The notes: generated from the letters alone by a model not told the origin. A DNA stretch of 64,000 nt from Spirogloea muscicola (GCA_009602725.1 WELB01000012.1:804619-868618); one strand, 5' to 3'. Positions 37,950 to 50,229 are shown, numbered from the stretch's first letter. Program-made: numbers and translations.

Positions 37950-39770
37950 CCGCAGCCCACGGCTGGCTTTCACAGCCGCTCTTTCCAGCGCTCTCAGGCT
38001 CATGCGGTCCACCCGCGCGCTGGCCGCGCTATGGCTGCTGCCTCAGGGTCTCGGCAGAGTGCTGCTTCTCCTGCTTCGAGTTATTCTGACTTTCTGTTGC
38101 TCACTCGTGGTTACTGAGCATCCATTCGCATCATTTCGTGTCTTGGTGTGGAGTTTTGTCTTTCCTGGCACTGTTCTGTGGCCTTTTGACGCCTGCGGAC
38201 AATGTCCATTCTTTTCTGGGCTGGCTTTGCTAGCCCTTCTATTTCTATGGGCGAGCCCTTCCCTTCAACATCAGCAACCGATTTCTCTTCCATTCCCGCG
38301 GATATTGGTGTCTCTCTTAGCGAGCTCATTGCCCATTTACCAGGACTTCTGTAAGGCTCGAATAGGCCTCCCTTTTCATGCGCACCGCGCGCCTTCGCTC
38401 TTCATTCCAGCCCCGAGTCCCCCGCGCCTTGAGGAGCCAAACATTCGTGGTATTTGAATCAAACGAAGGCCAAATGGCCAAGTACAAAGGCAAGCACATC
38501 TGAAGACTACATAACCTACAACTGGCCACGCTGCGGCAAAGGCCGCCCGCAGCAAGGCGGCCAAACACGCCGACCACCCGGCTGCAGATGAGTTCGTCCG
38601 CCTGGCTGTGGACGTGCACGGGGCTCTCGGGTCCCAGTGGCTCGACCTGCTGGCCAGGCTTGCAAGGCGCGCTGTGTCCCGCAGGCGCGGTAAGCCGGCT
38701 GACTTCAGCGCCGCTGGCTCGTGGGCCCAGGTATACCGCATGCGATTGTCAGTCTCCCTTCAGCGGTTCATGGCCCACGCCTTGCATCGAGAAAGGGCTC
38801 GCCCATGGAAAATAGAGGCTGGTAAAAGCCAGCCCAAAAAAGAATGAACAAAGGACGAGAAGGGGGCAGGGGAGTACGAAGTACGAAGAACAACAAGCAC
38901 AAAAACGAAAGCAGCTACGAAGCACTCAGTAACCCCTCCTAAGCAGCCTCAGGTCAGAGAGACTGGGTTCCTGGAAGCGGGTCCCCTGGCCAGAGCATCT
39001 GCGTGCTGGCCGTGCTCTCGCTGCGGCCTCGGGCTTTCGGCAGGGGGATAGTTTTCCGGCAGCTACCGGAGTTGAGGCTCCTCACTCGTAACTACTGAGT
39101 GGTCCATCCTCCTCCGTTCTGACATAGCATCTTCAGGCCCCTTCCTAGCTGCTTAGCGTTTTTTAGGCCCCTCCGTCATTTGGCCCCTTCGAACCTTTCT
39201 AAATTGTTTTCGGGCTGGCTTCTCACAGCCCTTGCCCCCGTTGGGAGTGCCACTTCTCACCTACAACAGATTGACCCGCTCAAAACCACGGGTCAAAACA
39301 TAAAGGTTGCTAATGGATGCCTGAATACTAGATGGCAGATACGAAGCCCTTCTGCGGCTTCTGCGGCATTGAGCGGCTTGCCTGCCAGGCCATTAACCGG
39401 CGGCCGGGTCTGCGAGGGGCGATGCCCGGCTTCTTCAACGCCGCCAGTTCGCTCGCACAAGTCTTCCGCATGCGCCTGGCCGTATCGCTTCAACGCTCCC
39501 TTGCCCACGCCGTCCACACGCGAGCAGGCCGTGCTATGACCGCCGCCTTTGGGTCTTGGCTGAGTGCCTCTTTCCCTGCAGCGAGCTACTCAGACCTGAT
39601 GTTGCTCACTCGTGGGTACTGAGCTTACCTCTGCATCCTTTCTGTGTTCTGCAGTGTTTTGTAGTGTAGTCCTTTCTCCGGCTCCTCTTTCTTTGGCTTT
39701 GGACATTGTCCATTCTTATTTGGGCTGGCTTTGCCAGCCCCTCTCTATGGGCGCGCACTTCTGCCACCAA
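37950..39770. mobile_element. Cluster of nested CRE-like non-LTR fragments (subfamilies D, F, A, C, B)
   Basis: Repeated C-terminal peptide ...RMRL(S/A)VSLQRS.AH...AAASG...LL(T/S)R(G/N)Y* with its 3' UTR hairpin. TSDs acctacaac (38514-38522/39259-39267) and gcatc (38784-38788/38995-38999). Confidence 0.87.
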
Positions 39771-40171
39771 CTAGAGCTCGCCCCAGCTTTCTGGTGCAAA
39801 GCATTAGCCTGAGCACTCTGCAAACACGCCGAAACTCGTCGTCGCAAGAACGACAGATATGCAGCCGGCAAGCCCATCTCAGCCGCAAACACATCTGCAC
39901 GTCATGTGTAGCCTAAATTGGCAATTTATTTTGCAGGAGTGTGGAGAATGGAGGACCTAAAGCGAGGAGCCCGGGCCCCGGCAGCGGCAGCGGCAGCCCG
40001 CACACAACGCCGCCAGAGTGGCCTGCGCCGCCGTCCGCGGGGCGCGGCCCAGCAGCAGCGGCGCGCTCCCAGCGAGAGTTTGCCATTTCCGGCTAGCCGT
40101 TGGCGGCGCCCGTTTAACGTGGCAGCTAAAGGGCTCCTCCTCCCACTGGGCCCGAGGCCGAGCCATCCCGC

Positions 40172-42129
40172 ATGCCGCCGAGGGCCGCCATCGAAAGCCT
40201 GCCGGACGAGTGCCTGACGGCGGTGCTGGCGCGCGCCGCCGCCAGGCCAGGCGGGCCGCCGGGCTGGGCCGCCATCGTGAGCGTCTGCCGCCGGTGGCGC
40301 CGCCTGGCCAAAGCCGCCATCACGGAGATCTCGCTGCGGGACCGGGGGTGCCAAGGGTCCGGCCCGGGGGAGCCGCCGGTGGTCGGCACTGGCCTGGCCG
40401 CCGCCCTCCCCGCTCTGACGCGCCTCAGCCTCCACTTTGACTCCGTGCCCCACGAGGACCTCCGCCACCTGTCGGCTATATCGACGCTCACCGACCTGCG
40501 AGTGGAGCTGGCCGGGCAGGAGCACAACGATGAGATCGACCACGTGGAGCTGCAGCGCACCTTTCGGTCTCTCACTGCGCTCAGCACGTCGTGCGAGCGC
40601 TTACACTACACAAGACGTGCCCTGCCTTGCCCCTGGCTGACGTCGCCGGCTTCACGGCACTCGAGAGCCTCACAGTGACCAATTCGCTAGCTACTGGTAC
40701 TTGCCTCATGCTGCCAAGTGCTATGCTACCCAAGTTCCTGCTGCGTGACTGCTGATACCACTTACTAGTATGTTGGAAGCCAAGCTCTTTCTTGCATTAT
40801 GAGGGTAACTGAGTGCTGACTTCAATTACCTGTTCTGATATTGCAGATGGTGACATCCACACGATCGCTACTGCTTGCCGGCACCTCACAGAGCTTCTGC
40901 TGTTGCATTCCGAGCAGGATCGGTCGGGTGGTTTCACTGCTGCTGGCTTGGAGTCGATTGGCAGGAATTTGCGCCAGCTTCGCAGATTCCGCGTACACTT
41001 TTGCCGCAGCTTCACGGACAGTGGGATCAGGCAGGTGGCTTTGGGTTGCACGCTGCTGCAAGACATCAGCATGCACTCCTGCCCCAATGTGTCTGCACAC
41101 TCAGTCCATGCGGTTCTTGAAGCATGCCCTGAGCTCAGGAGACTGCGGTTTCACCAGAGGTGGAATGACCCAGGGCTACGATTTTCACATGCCGTACATC
41201 TGACTATATCACGATTGGAAATGGTGGAGATCGTCATGTCCGATGATGCAGGTGCCAGTACGAATACTGCCATGGCCATCCTGGCTTTATCCTGCACGCA
41301 ATTGCGTGAACTACACGTGCACGCTGTAACCGACCCGCGCCCGGATGTCAGCAGGCTCGACCTATTGAAGAATTGTGCAGTCATGCCAGCGCTTGTGACA
41401 TTGACAATGACGGGATTCCAGTCCATCGAAATGACATCCTTTGCAGCATTCTTAGTCGGTGCCCCGCTGTTGGAGAACTTGACCTTGGAGGATTGCAAGT
41501 TGCTCGGTGTTGTGCAAGCACTACCCATGATGGTTTCTCTTCGCTCCATTGAGTGTTGTTCATCATTGGTTGGGCCATTGTTCGACTACTGGGACTTTGG
41601 TAAATGGTGCCACAACCTGACTTCCTTGCTCACTTTAGCACAATCTGACGGGGAGAACTTGGCCTTATCGCTTGCCGGATGCAACAAACTTGTGACTTTG
41701 AAAATTGAGGCCTATCATCGGTTGCGGCAAAGGCGGCTCCCATGGACCTGTCCCCCGCTTGGAAGCCTGAGAACTCTTATCTGCGAAAATGTGCATTGGC
41801 AAGACTTGGCTGCGTTAGCAAGGGCGTCCCCACGGTTGGAAGAAGTGCACTTACAAAGCTGCACCACCATGAACAAGAAGGCCATCCTTGGTCTTCTCTC
41901 CTCGTGCCCCCGACTTGGTTATATCAGAATCCTGGGCTGCTCTAAGCTTTCTCCAGTAGTGATGGATCGCTTGGCATACGGACTGAATGTCCGACGAGGT
42001 CATGTGTATGAGAGAGTGCATCTAGAGTTAGTAGATGGAAAGTGGGGACTCAATGGGGGGAAAGGCTCCATGATGTATTCTACGTATCGAGTTCATCGTT
42101 CTCAATGTAACACTGAGAACCCAAGTTGA
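40172..42129 (+). CDS. F-box/LRR (FBXL/RNI-like) protein, 2 exons; possible frameshift near 40620
   Basis: N-terminal F-box IESLPDECLTAVL...IVSVCRRWRRL. Exon 2 (from about 40847) is full of cysteine-containing LRRs (IATACRHLTEL, FCRSFTDSGIRQVALGCTLLQDI, CPELRRL, SCPRLGYI). Confidence 0.82.
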
Positions 42130-42559
42130 GATGGAACTTAGGCTCGAGCAAAGTTGATGTCTCTCATACTTCTGAGGTACATGGAAGTAGCAATTTTAGA
42201 ATATGATCCTAAACATTTTGGGTGATCACCACATGCAAATGGCCTCTCACAGTAGCATTGAATGGAAGTCGTTTAGCTTAAGGAACTTACATTTTCTGTT
42301 GAGAGCCTTTTGTTATAGCAACTTAAATGCAGGTTAGCATGTTGATTGCACACAGCTGCCATTGTTGGCCACACCAGAAGGAAAGATTGGGAAGGAGGCA
42401 GCCCACCAAAGCAGAAGTTGCCGTTGGAGCGGGCTGAGTACATAAATTCATAAATGATGCCTGCACTTGCTGCAGCGAGTGAAAAGGTGCTTGCGGTCAA
42501 ATAAGAGAAGACTACTTGAAGTATGTGAACTTAGGCTGCTTCTGCTCGTGGTGGCCCTG

Positions 42560-43533
42560 TTACAGCGACCTGGCGCTCCCTCAGGGTCGACGACCCGTCT
42601 GGCAGCCCTGTGTGGGTGTAATAATCCATGCCTGGGCCTCGCACTATGTTCAACACGATCTTGCTTCCCATCGGGAAGGTGCTCTTCATCAACGGTGCCA
42701 GCTCGGGCTATGCAGGTGTGACGAGGGATCAGCGTTGGCTCCATTGAGATCTGTGCTGCATACTTCAAGAAGTCATCTGATGCAACCTGCGAGGCTGTAA
42801 GCTAGTGATATCCGCAGTCAGACGCACATCTTCTGCTGCATGGAATACGCTTGTGCAAATTGAAGTCGGCCGCAGGTATCACACCGCTTGCACGACAGCA
42901 TCAAATCCATACCTTCGCAATCCAACCGTGTCGCCCGGCTCGGCAGCGAGGTTTGGCGCTTTGTCACCGTCCACCATCGCCAGGCTGTTCCCGGCGTCTG
43001 CCACTCTCGCCCATGAATACAGGCCCATCCTGGCAGGAGGAAGCCCCTACACGTTCACCGCCCCCAGCCAAGTACGCGGGGGCCATGTAAACGTCTGTGG
43101 AGGCCTTCTCGCCACAGTACCTCGACTACCATATGAGTGCACCGCCCATCATCTCCCCGTCCTTGCCTACCTCCCTCCTCTACTCCCAGAACGTCCCCAT
43201 CACGTTCTCGGCGGCGAAGGCCGTCTCTGTTGTGCTGATCGACCCCGGCGTGAGCACTCATGGCCTCACCATGGGTCAGCGCATGGTCAAGCTGCAGTGA
43301 CCAAGTTCGTCGCCAACAGCAATGGCGCAATCTCAACAACAGTCACCCTCCCGCCCAACAGCAACATCGGCCCGCAGGAGTACTACTTGCTCTTTGTGAT
43401 CGTCACACCTGACGGTGTTGGCGCAGCCGTTGTGCCATCTATATGTAAGTGGGTGCAACTAGGTGGGATCCCAGCCTACCCGCCACCAGCCCCTTCGCCT
43501 TACCCCTCACCGCCACCATCAAGCTCTCGTTGA
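42560..43533 (+). pseudogene. 5'-truncated pseudogene of a glyoxal-oxidase-like (AA5 Kelch + DUF1929) C-terminal half
   Basis: ...SPVWV**SMPGPRTMFNTILLPIGKVLFINGASSG (in-frame TAA TAA), PSTIARLFPASATL, frameshift, VEAFSPQYL...DPGVSTHGLTMGQRMVKL, frameshift, PQEYYLLFVI...VPSICKWV. Paralogous to the 3' half of the gene at 44557-50030. Confidence 0.85.
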
Positions 43534-44556
43534 GCAATGGTGCAGGCGACACACACCATTCGATTCCAACTCCATACATGCTTGATAGATCAAGTATTGC
43601 TTAAACTCATAGCTGCCTAAGAGCTGTCGAGCTTGTACTTTTCAAGTCACACAAGATCACCGCATGTATTTGTCTTTCAGAGCACCTAAGTCAAGAATGT
43701 GCTCAAGCTTTGCAATGTATCACAGGTCCATCACAAGTAGGAAGTCATGTTTCTGTTGTTGGCAGGCCTTCACCCCTAACCCAGTCACAGTGCCACATAA
43801 TCGGCCCTCCTTCCAGCCGAGGGCCCCTCATACTTCCTCTGCAGGAGTTTAGACCTCACAGCACGATGTCCAATTCTTTCTTTCTTTGATCCTTTTCCTC
43901 CTCAAGGAAAGGTCGTTGCCATCAATGAGCTGGGCAGACCGTCTCTTAAGCAAATCTGATTCACTTCCTGAATGAGCAAACTCACATGTCAATAGCACCT
44001 ATTCTCAGGGATTCCAAGAGTATGGCTGCTGTAAGTATCCAAGAATTAATAACACACATAATAAGAAAATTCAAATGATACAAATGTCAGGCGTACATCA
44101 CTTTTATGACAAGAATGTATACCTTCATGGAGCTTGCAGTCTGCACATTGCTGGAGCATGAGCAGGTAAAGGAGTGCAGGCAGATATACAACCTGACGCT
44201 GTGGCAAAGTGCCTGTGGGCAACTAGGCATACATGTGTGCAGCACATGTACAAGCCCACCAAGGTTCTTATTGCAAATCTTCTTGATGAATGTTCAGACA
44301 ATCTGCACACAACCTCCTACTTGAAGGGTCAGACCAATGTGGTGGTTGCAGGACTGACGTTCGTGCTGCCCACCTGCATGTCTGCTGGTTGGGCTGGGCA
44401 TCACTCACTCATAAAATGACCATGTGAGCCTTCCGGCAAGTAAGAAATAACATCAATTTTTTAGTTGGTCAACTAGACCCTAGAAAGGAAGGAGGCAAAT
44501 GGCAGGCTGCCGGCAGCAACAGGAAGGGAGGGACGATTCAAGCACGGGGCCAGTCA

Positions 44557-47500
44557 TCATGGGGGTGCTGGTCCAACACTGATCCATATACCAGTCGAGG
44601 GCACAGCTGGCCCATTCGCTACTGCCTGCACCACGACAAAAAGCAGGTAGAAGCCCGGGGGACAAGTGGACGGCGTTGGGGGGCTGGTGAAGGACACAGT
44701 GTAGTTCCCTGTTGAGGTCTTGGTTGTACTGCTGGAGTCGAGCACGAGTGCACGCTGTCCCATGTTCCGGCCGTGTGTTGCTACTCCAGGGTCCATGAGA
44801 AGCACAGCCGCGGAGCTGACCGAGCCAGCTGAGAAGGAGATTTGATTGGCGTCATTATACTGAAGGTATTCGGGTAGTGAGGCAGGGTCAACACTAGGCT
44901 GAGGAGAGAGCTGCGCGGACAGGTAGGGCGGTGAGAAGGCCTCCACGGAGAGCGGGACGGTGGAGGGGTACTGCAGTGGGGCCTTTGCCACGGTGCTGCC
45001 CCCTGCAATGATCACTGTTCCATCAAAGCTGAGGGTTGCTGATGCTTGGTCTGGCCTGGCGATGGTGGAAGGTGGCAGGACTCGGAATCTCGAGGAACTG
45101 CCAGGTGGCTGGCTTGGATCCAGAAGGAACGGGGTCAACAGAGGCTCGTCTGTGGTATTGCGCACTGCAGAACAGAGGAGCACTCAGACAAAACATGGCG
45201 GCAAAGGTACATCGATGATGGCAGCTCGGGGCAAGCCAAAGTTCGTGGCGAGCAGCGTGACCTGAGGAGCTCAGCTTAAGATGATCGAATACTGTGACGT
45301 TGGTTTGGGATGCTTGTGCAACCAGTATTCACCTGCACTGTGCAAGTGAGATTGGTGCATGCTCACAACAGCAGTACTCAGTCAACAGAGTTTCATGTTC
45401 ACCTGCTGAGCCAGATGATGCGCCATTGATGAAGAGTACCTTGCCATCGGGCAAAAGTACAGTGCTGAACATGGTTCGCGGCCCTGGCATGTCCTCATAC
45501 GTCCAGGTGGGTGAGGGATCACTGACATGGAGAGTACCGCAAGAAGAAGTGGCAGGGAGAGCGCCTCCGCAGACCATGATGACCGCAGCAAAGCCGGCTG
45601 CAGCACGCAGTGGAAGCATGACACTGCCTGAAGCGTACGGGCTAGTCCTCGACAAGGAATTGGGGTCTCCACTGACATTAATGTCGGGAAAACTTCGGGT
45701 GCAGTTCCCGCTTCCAGCAGTGATGTTCAGCTCACACGCCTGTGACGCAAGCACAGCAGTGTGTTGTCAATCATTCATGACCATATGTAACACACGCAGC
45801 GGGAAACAGGTTGGAAGGCAGGATTGCTCAGCAAAGGCAGGAAGGTGAGGAGATCTGCGACACGCTGGCTTCTCTCATAGGCTTCTGCACCTTGTTGTTG
45901 ACAAGCAGAAAGAGGTTGCCACTAGGAAGAAGGTAGATGATCGGGTAGAGGTCGTAGTATCCAGCAGTCAAAAGGAGCGGGATTGAATGCGTGTTAGACC
46001 TCTCAAGAGGTCTCTGCTTCAAAAGCAGCTCATATGAGTAGCTTGTTGCAGCAATCGAGTCTGTGTCGTTGTTCAGGCCCTCGCCACCAACAAAGATGAC
46101 ATTGCCGTCCTGCAGCCTCTGTGCGGATGAAAAGAACCTGGTGACCAGCCCTTATGGAGCAGCTCAGCAAACGAGCATCGCCATGCTCGTGAAGCGGTTG
46201 CAGCATCTATGCTGCTGAAAGTACATAACCAAACTTCCTCTTCATTTGTTCAAGACAAGCCCAAGCACGTCAAGGCAACGGCGAAGCAGGGAGCTGGTCA
46301 GGCTGACCTTCTTGTTCTGAGGGCCTGCTCAGGTGAGTCAAATTCGGCTGAGCCGTACGGCTGTGGATCGAAGCTCCTGAGGGCATACCAGCCCTTGGGG
46401 TCCGAACTGTTGCCGATGCCGCCAGCAACCAGCACTGCGCCTGTGGATGTGGTGTGACCGCAAGCGCCATACGTGTTTGTCACGGGCCCATGGAGGCCAC
46501 GCACCTGTGCAGTCATAACTTGTTCAAGGCGCAAACCAGGTATCAAGTCCACTGTCACAGTTTTGAACTCCAGCTGCAGACAAGCTCAGTATCTGCAGAT
46601 TGACAGACCTGAAACGTGGTTGTGCTGAACTCCACAGCATGAGCGAAGCGGGACGCATCATCACTGGCCCTGACTCCCGTCTCCACGATATCCGTGCGAT
46701 CCACAAAAAGGATGGTATTGTGCCGAGTCAGCACTGCCAGGGTGCCGGAGATACCAATGTCGGTGCTGAGCACAGCGAAGGCGCCAGCAAATGGAGGAGG
46801 TGGAGGGTGGACGGGCGGCCGTGGCGGCGGAGGACTGGGCGGCCTGGGAGGGAGAGCTCTTGGCGGCGGTGGGGAGGGAGGCGGCGGGGAGCTGGGAGGT
46901 GGGGGCCGCGGCGGCCTCGGCGGCGGGAAGTGGGGGCTCAGTGGCGGATTTGGGCTTCTGGGCGGCGGTGCTGGCTGCGCACTACAGCCTGGGATGGCAC
47001 ATCTGTCGTGGCCGGTGGCCTTGTACACACCACTCGGGGTCAGCATGTACGGATCGCCAATGTAGTCCTCACCCCAGGTGTGGATCTCCGGCACCGAGAG
47101 CGGACTGCCGGGTGTGTGGTTGAACGGGATGGGGAGAGTGGATTGGAGAGCCGCGTAGAAGCTGACAAACTGCTTGGCCATGGTGGTCCACCGCGGCTGC
47201 CCGGGCCCGCTCGTGTCGGTCGCGATCCATGCCGCGCCATACTGGTCGACGTAGAAGTACTTGCCACCGTAGCAAGGGACTCGCGGCGAGCGGTAGATGG
47301 GGCCGCCGATGACTGCAACGGAGGTCACTTTGACATGCGCGTCCTGGTGCGTGTAGGTCAACCTCGGCCACTGCGGCCACAAAGGAAAGAGCAAGCTTGT
47401 GTCAGTGATGCTCTTTCTGCAGAAGTTGTGAAAGCGCTTTAGGTCTCTCCAGCTTTGGCAAGACAACTGCTTGATCAATGAGGGAGACGCAAGTCATTGG

Positions 47501-50030
47501 GCAGCAATGGCTGGACCTCAAGGCCTCCCACCTTAAGCGTTCCGAAGATTTTGTGGGGGTCGGTGAAGCCGCCTGGCGGGGCATGCTTGTCATACTTTGC
47601 AATCTTTGTGAAATTCAACGTTCCTGTGCCAACAGAGTGGCAGCTGCATATTCAGACGTGCACCTTGCCATACGTCCGGTGCCATAAGAGCTGGCACCAG
47701 CAGGTAGCCCATCAGTGCGCAGCAGCAAGTGCTGGTGATGCCTTGGGGAGGTCCTGCCAGGGGCCGGAACTTCACACGCACCTTCAAACATGCGCCAACC
47801 GTAGTTTCCTCCAGCCACAATGACATCAATCTCCTCCATGGTGTCCTGCAGTGCAGGAAGTCTAAGCTGGTGAGGGCTCCCGATGCTTGCAGTAGAGGCA
47901 ACGATCCATATGAGAGAAAGCCAAGCATCTACAACGGCGACAGCAAAGGAGAGCGGCATCTGGCTAATGCAGAATAGTCAGAGCGTGGCTGGCTGTCAGA
48001 CCTGGCCAACATCAGCACAGAGGAAGTCATCATTGTCGCGGTCAAAAGTGCAGCTCCAGGGGTTGCGCAAGCCAAGCGCATAGATTTCGGGGCGAATCCC
48101 TGAGACGCCAACGAATGGGTTATGTGACGGTATCCCGTATGGACGGCTTGCTGTGTAGTTATCCACGTCAAGCCGCAGTATTTTCCCGAGGAAGGTGGTG
48201 CCCCGCTGTGCGAAGTTGAAGATGTCGCCAGCTCCACCCCCATCACCGGACATGTAGTACATGTACGGCTCCAGCACAGTGCGCCGGAAGAGCAGGTGGC
48301 CGCCGTTGTGGTTGCTGTATGGCCTGCATGCAAAGCCCGTGGGACTCGCCAGCCAAAGTCAGCATCCACTGGGTGGCAGCTGCTGCAAACATGATGCCTC
48401 ACCTGCCAAGGAGCTCCCCTGGCGTTCTCTACCTCGCGAATGTGAGGAGCCTCCGGACTTCAGCTTTGATGGCGACTGTCGCTGTACGTGGGCTGGAGCC
48501 CGCACTGTACTCGGCAACAATCGTGTTGGCCTCACACAAGGGCTGCTGCGAGGCTCCAACGTTGGGCTGCGGGATGTGACACTGATTGACCGCATTGCAC
48601 TCGCACGGCCCTTGGCAGTCCGGGTACTTGGTGCCATTGCAGATGTACGACACAAAGAAGCGGCCATTGACAAGGTAGTCCGGGTGCAGTGCAAACCCCA
48701 GCAGGCCACGCTCGCCGTTGGCTAAAGTCCTCGAGTGAATATCAAGAAACTGCACATGTGATGAGCGTGATCAGGGCGGACCTTCGCCAAGGCGTAGCGG
48801 CCTCGTCACAGGAGGCGGTAGGCGCTGGCGCTCGAGCAGCACCAGCCAGCAGCGGGCTTGGCATAAGGAGGTTTGACTTACAACGGTCCTGTTGGCAAAC
48901 CTCTTGCCGCTGCCTTCTGGCGGGACCTGCGCAAGAAAAACATAGCCGCTGCGCGTGTGCAGGAAGACGCGGTTGGAGCCGTCGGGGTGCGGCAGCATGC
49001 CCAGGTAGTACCCATCATCGACCCGGTCGAGACAGATGTTGGGCAGCGGCGGCGCCGAGCTGGTTGGCGGAGGCGGCACGTACGGCGGCGGCGGCGGCGC
49101 TGGGGGGAGCGGGCCATTGGGATCGTAAGGCAAGCCGGAGAAGCAGCGGTCCTGGTATGGCGACGCGCAGAAGTCGAGCCGAAATGCAGCCAGCGTCGGG
49201 TACTTGTCGCGCAGGCGGAACGCTGCCGGGCTTGGCTGCACGTTGAGCTCGTCGCGCTGTGCCTGCAGGTACTGGAGGTAGAGCGGCGAGTACGTGACGT
49301 TGAGGCCAGCGCAAGCTGCGTACGCGCCGTCGCAGTAGCTCCCCAGGCAGAGCAGCGGCAGAGCGCGCGCCGCGCCGACCTCCGAGTCGAACAGGTGCGA
49401 CGCCCACGGGTCGCATTGCTACAATGGACGCACGGCAGGTCGTTAAAGCCCGTCAGCGAGCTTCGCGACGGGGCATACTGTCAGTCGATCAGCGACCATG
49501 GTGGCCGCCACTTGCAGCGACCAGGTAGACGAGGGAGCTCACCGCGCAGGTGGCGAGCTGCAGGAAGGTCCGGCAGCCCGCAACCTCGTCGGCGGAGCCA
49601 CCCGAGAAGGCCATCTGGGCGGCCTGCCGCTGCAGCCGGACGTCCGCGTCGTAGTCGCAGCACCCCAGGTGGGCGTACGCGCCGCCGTGGAGCTGCATGC
49701 AGAAGGGGCCCGCGGGGGACTGCGGCACAGGCCCGGCTGCGAGCGCCACCACCAAGAGCTCCGATCAGGGCGCCAATGCAAGGCACCACGGCGCCCGCAG
49801 CACAGCTGTCGCGGTGACGGAGACGTGATCTATGTCAAGCCAAGGAGCTACCGACGAGAGCTGACGACACAGTGGAGCTGGCCACGCCTGCGAGAGCAGC
49901 GGCGGCGGTGCTCACAGAAGTCCTCGCAGATGGGGTGCGCCAGCGCGCTCCCGACGAGCAGCAGCAGCGCGGCGGCCACGGCGCGCGCCGGCCGTCCGCT
50001 GCTGCGGCGGGCGTGCCGCCGAGACGCCAT
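44557..50030 (-). CDS. Secreted HIPL1-like protein (cysteine-rich domain + PQQ glucose/sorbosone-dehydrogenase propeller) fused via a Pro-rich linker to a glyoxal/galactose-oxidase-like domain, 12 exons
   Basis: Signal peptide ...ALLLLVGSALA-HPIC. HIPL1 motifs GCCD, CAQCDPWASHLF, ICLDRVDDGYYLGMLPHPDGSNRVF, GFALHPDYLVNGRFFVSY, NHNGG, GDGG, LGKILRLDVD, EIYALGLRNPW, CADVGQDTMEEID, GGNYGWR, WGED. After an SPPPP linker come GLOX motifs DIGIS, DRTD, AHAVEF, DLYP...LLPSGNLF, MPGPR...LLPDGKVLFING, VEAFSPPYL, TH..NMGQR, PPGFYLLFVV. All introns are GT-AG and phase-compatible. Confidence 0.9.
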
Positions 50031-50229
50031 GGTGGCGCCCTCGCTGGCGGCNGGCCGCGCCGCAGCTCGGGCGGGGGGGGGGGGGGGGGCCAGCTGACTG
50101 ACCAGAGCCGGCGGAAGCGGCCGACCGGGGGGGCGGCTCGAACCCGCACCGCAGCTCGGGTGGGCGGCGGCCTTAGGGGGAGACCCTTTCCATCGCCTTG
50201 TCGCTTTCCCCCGCCGCGTCAGCCTGCCA

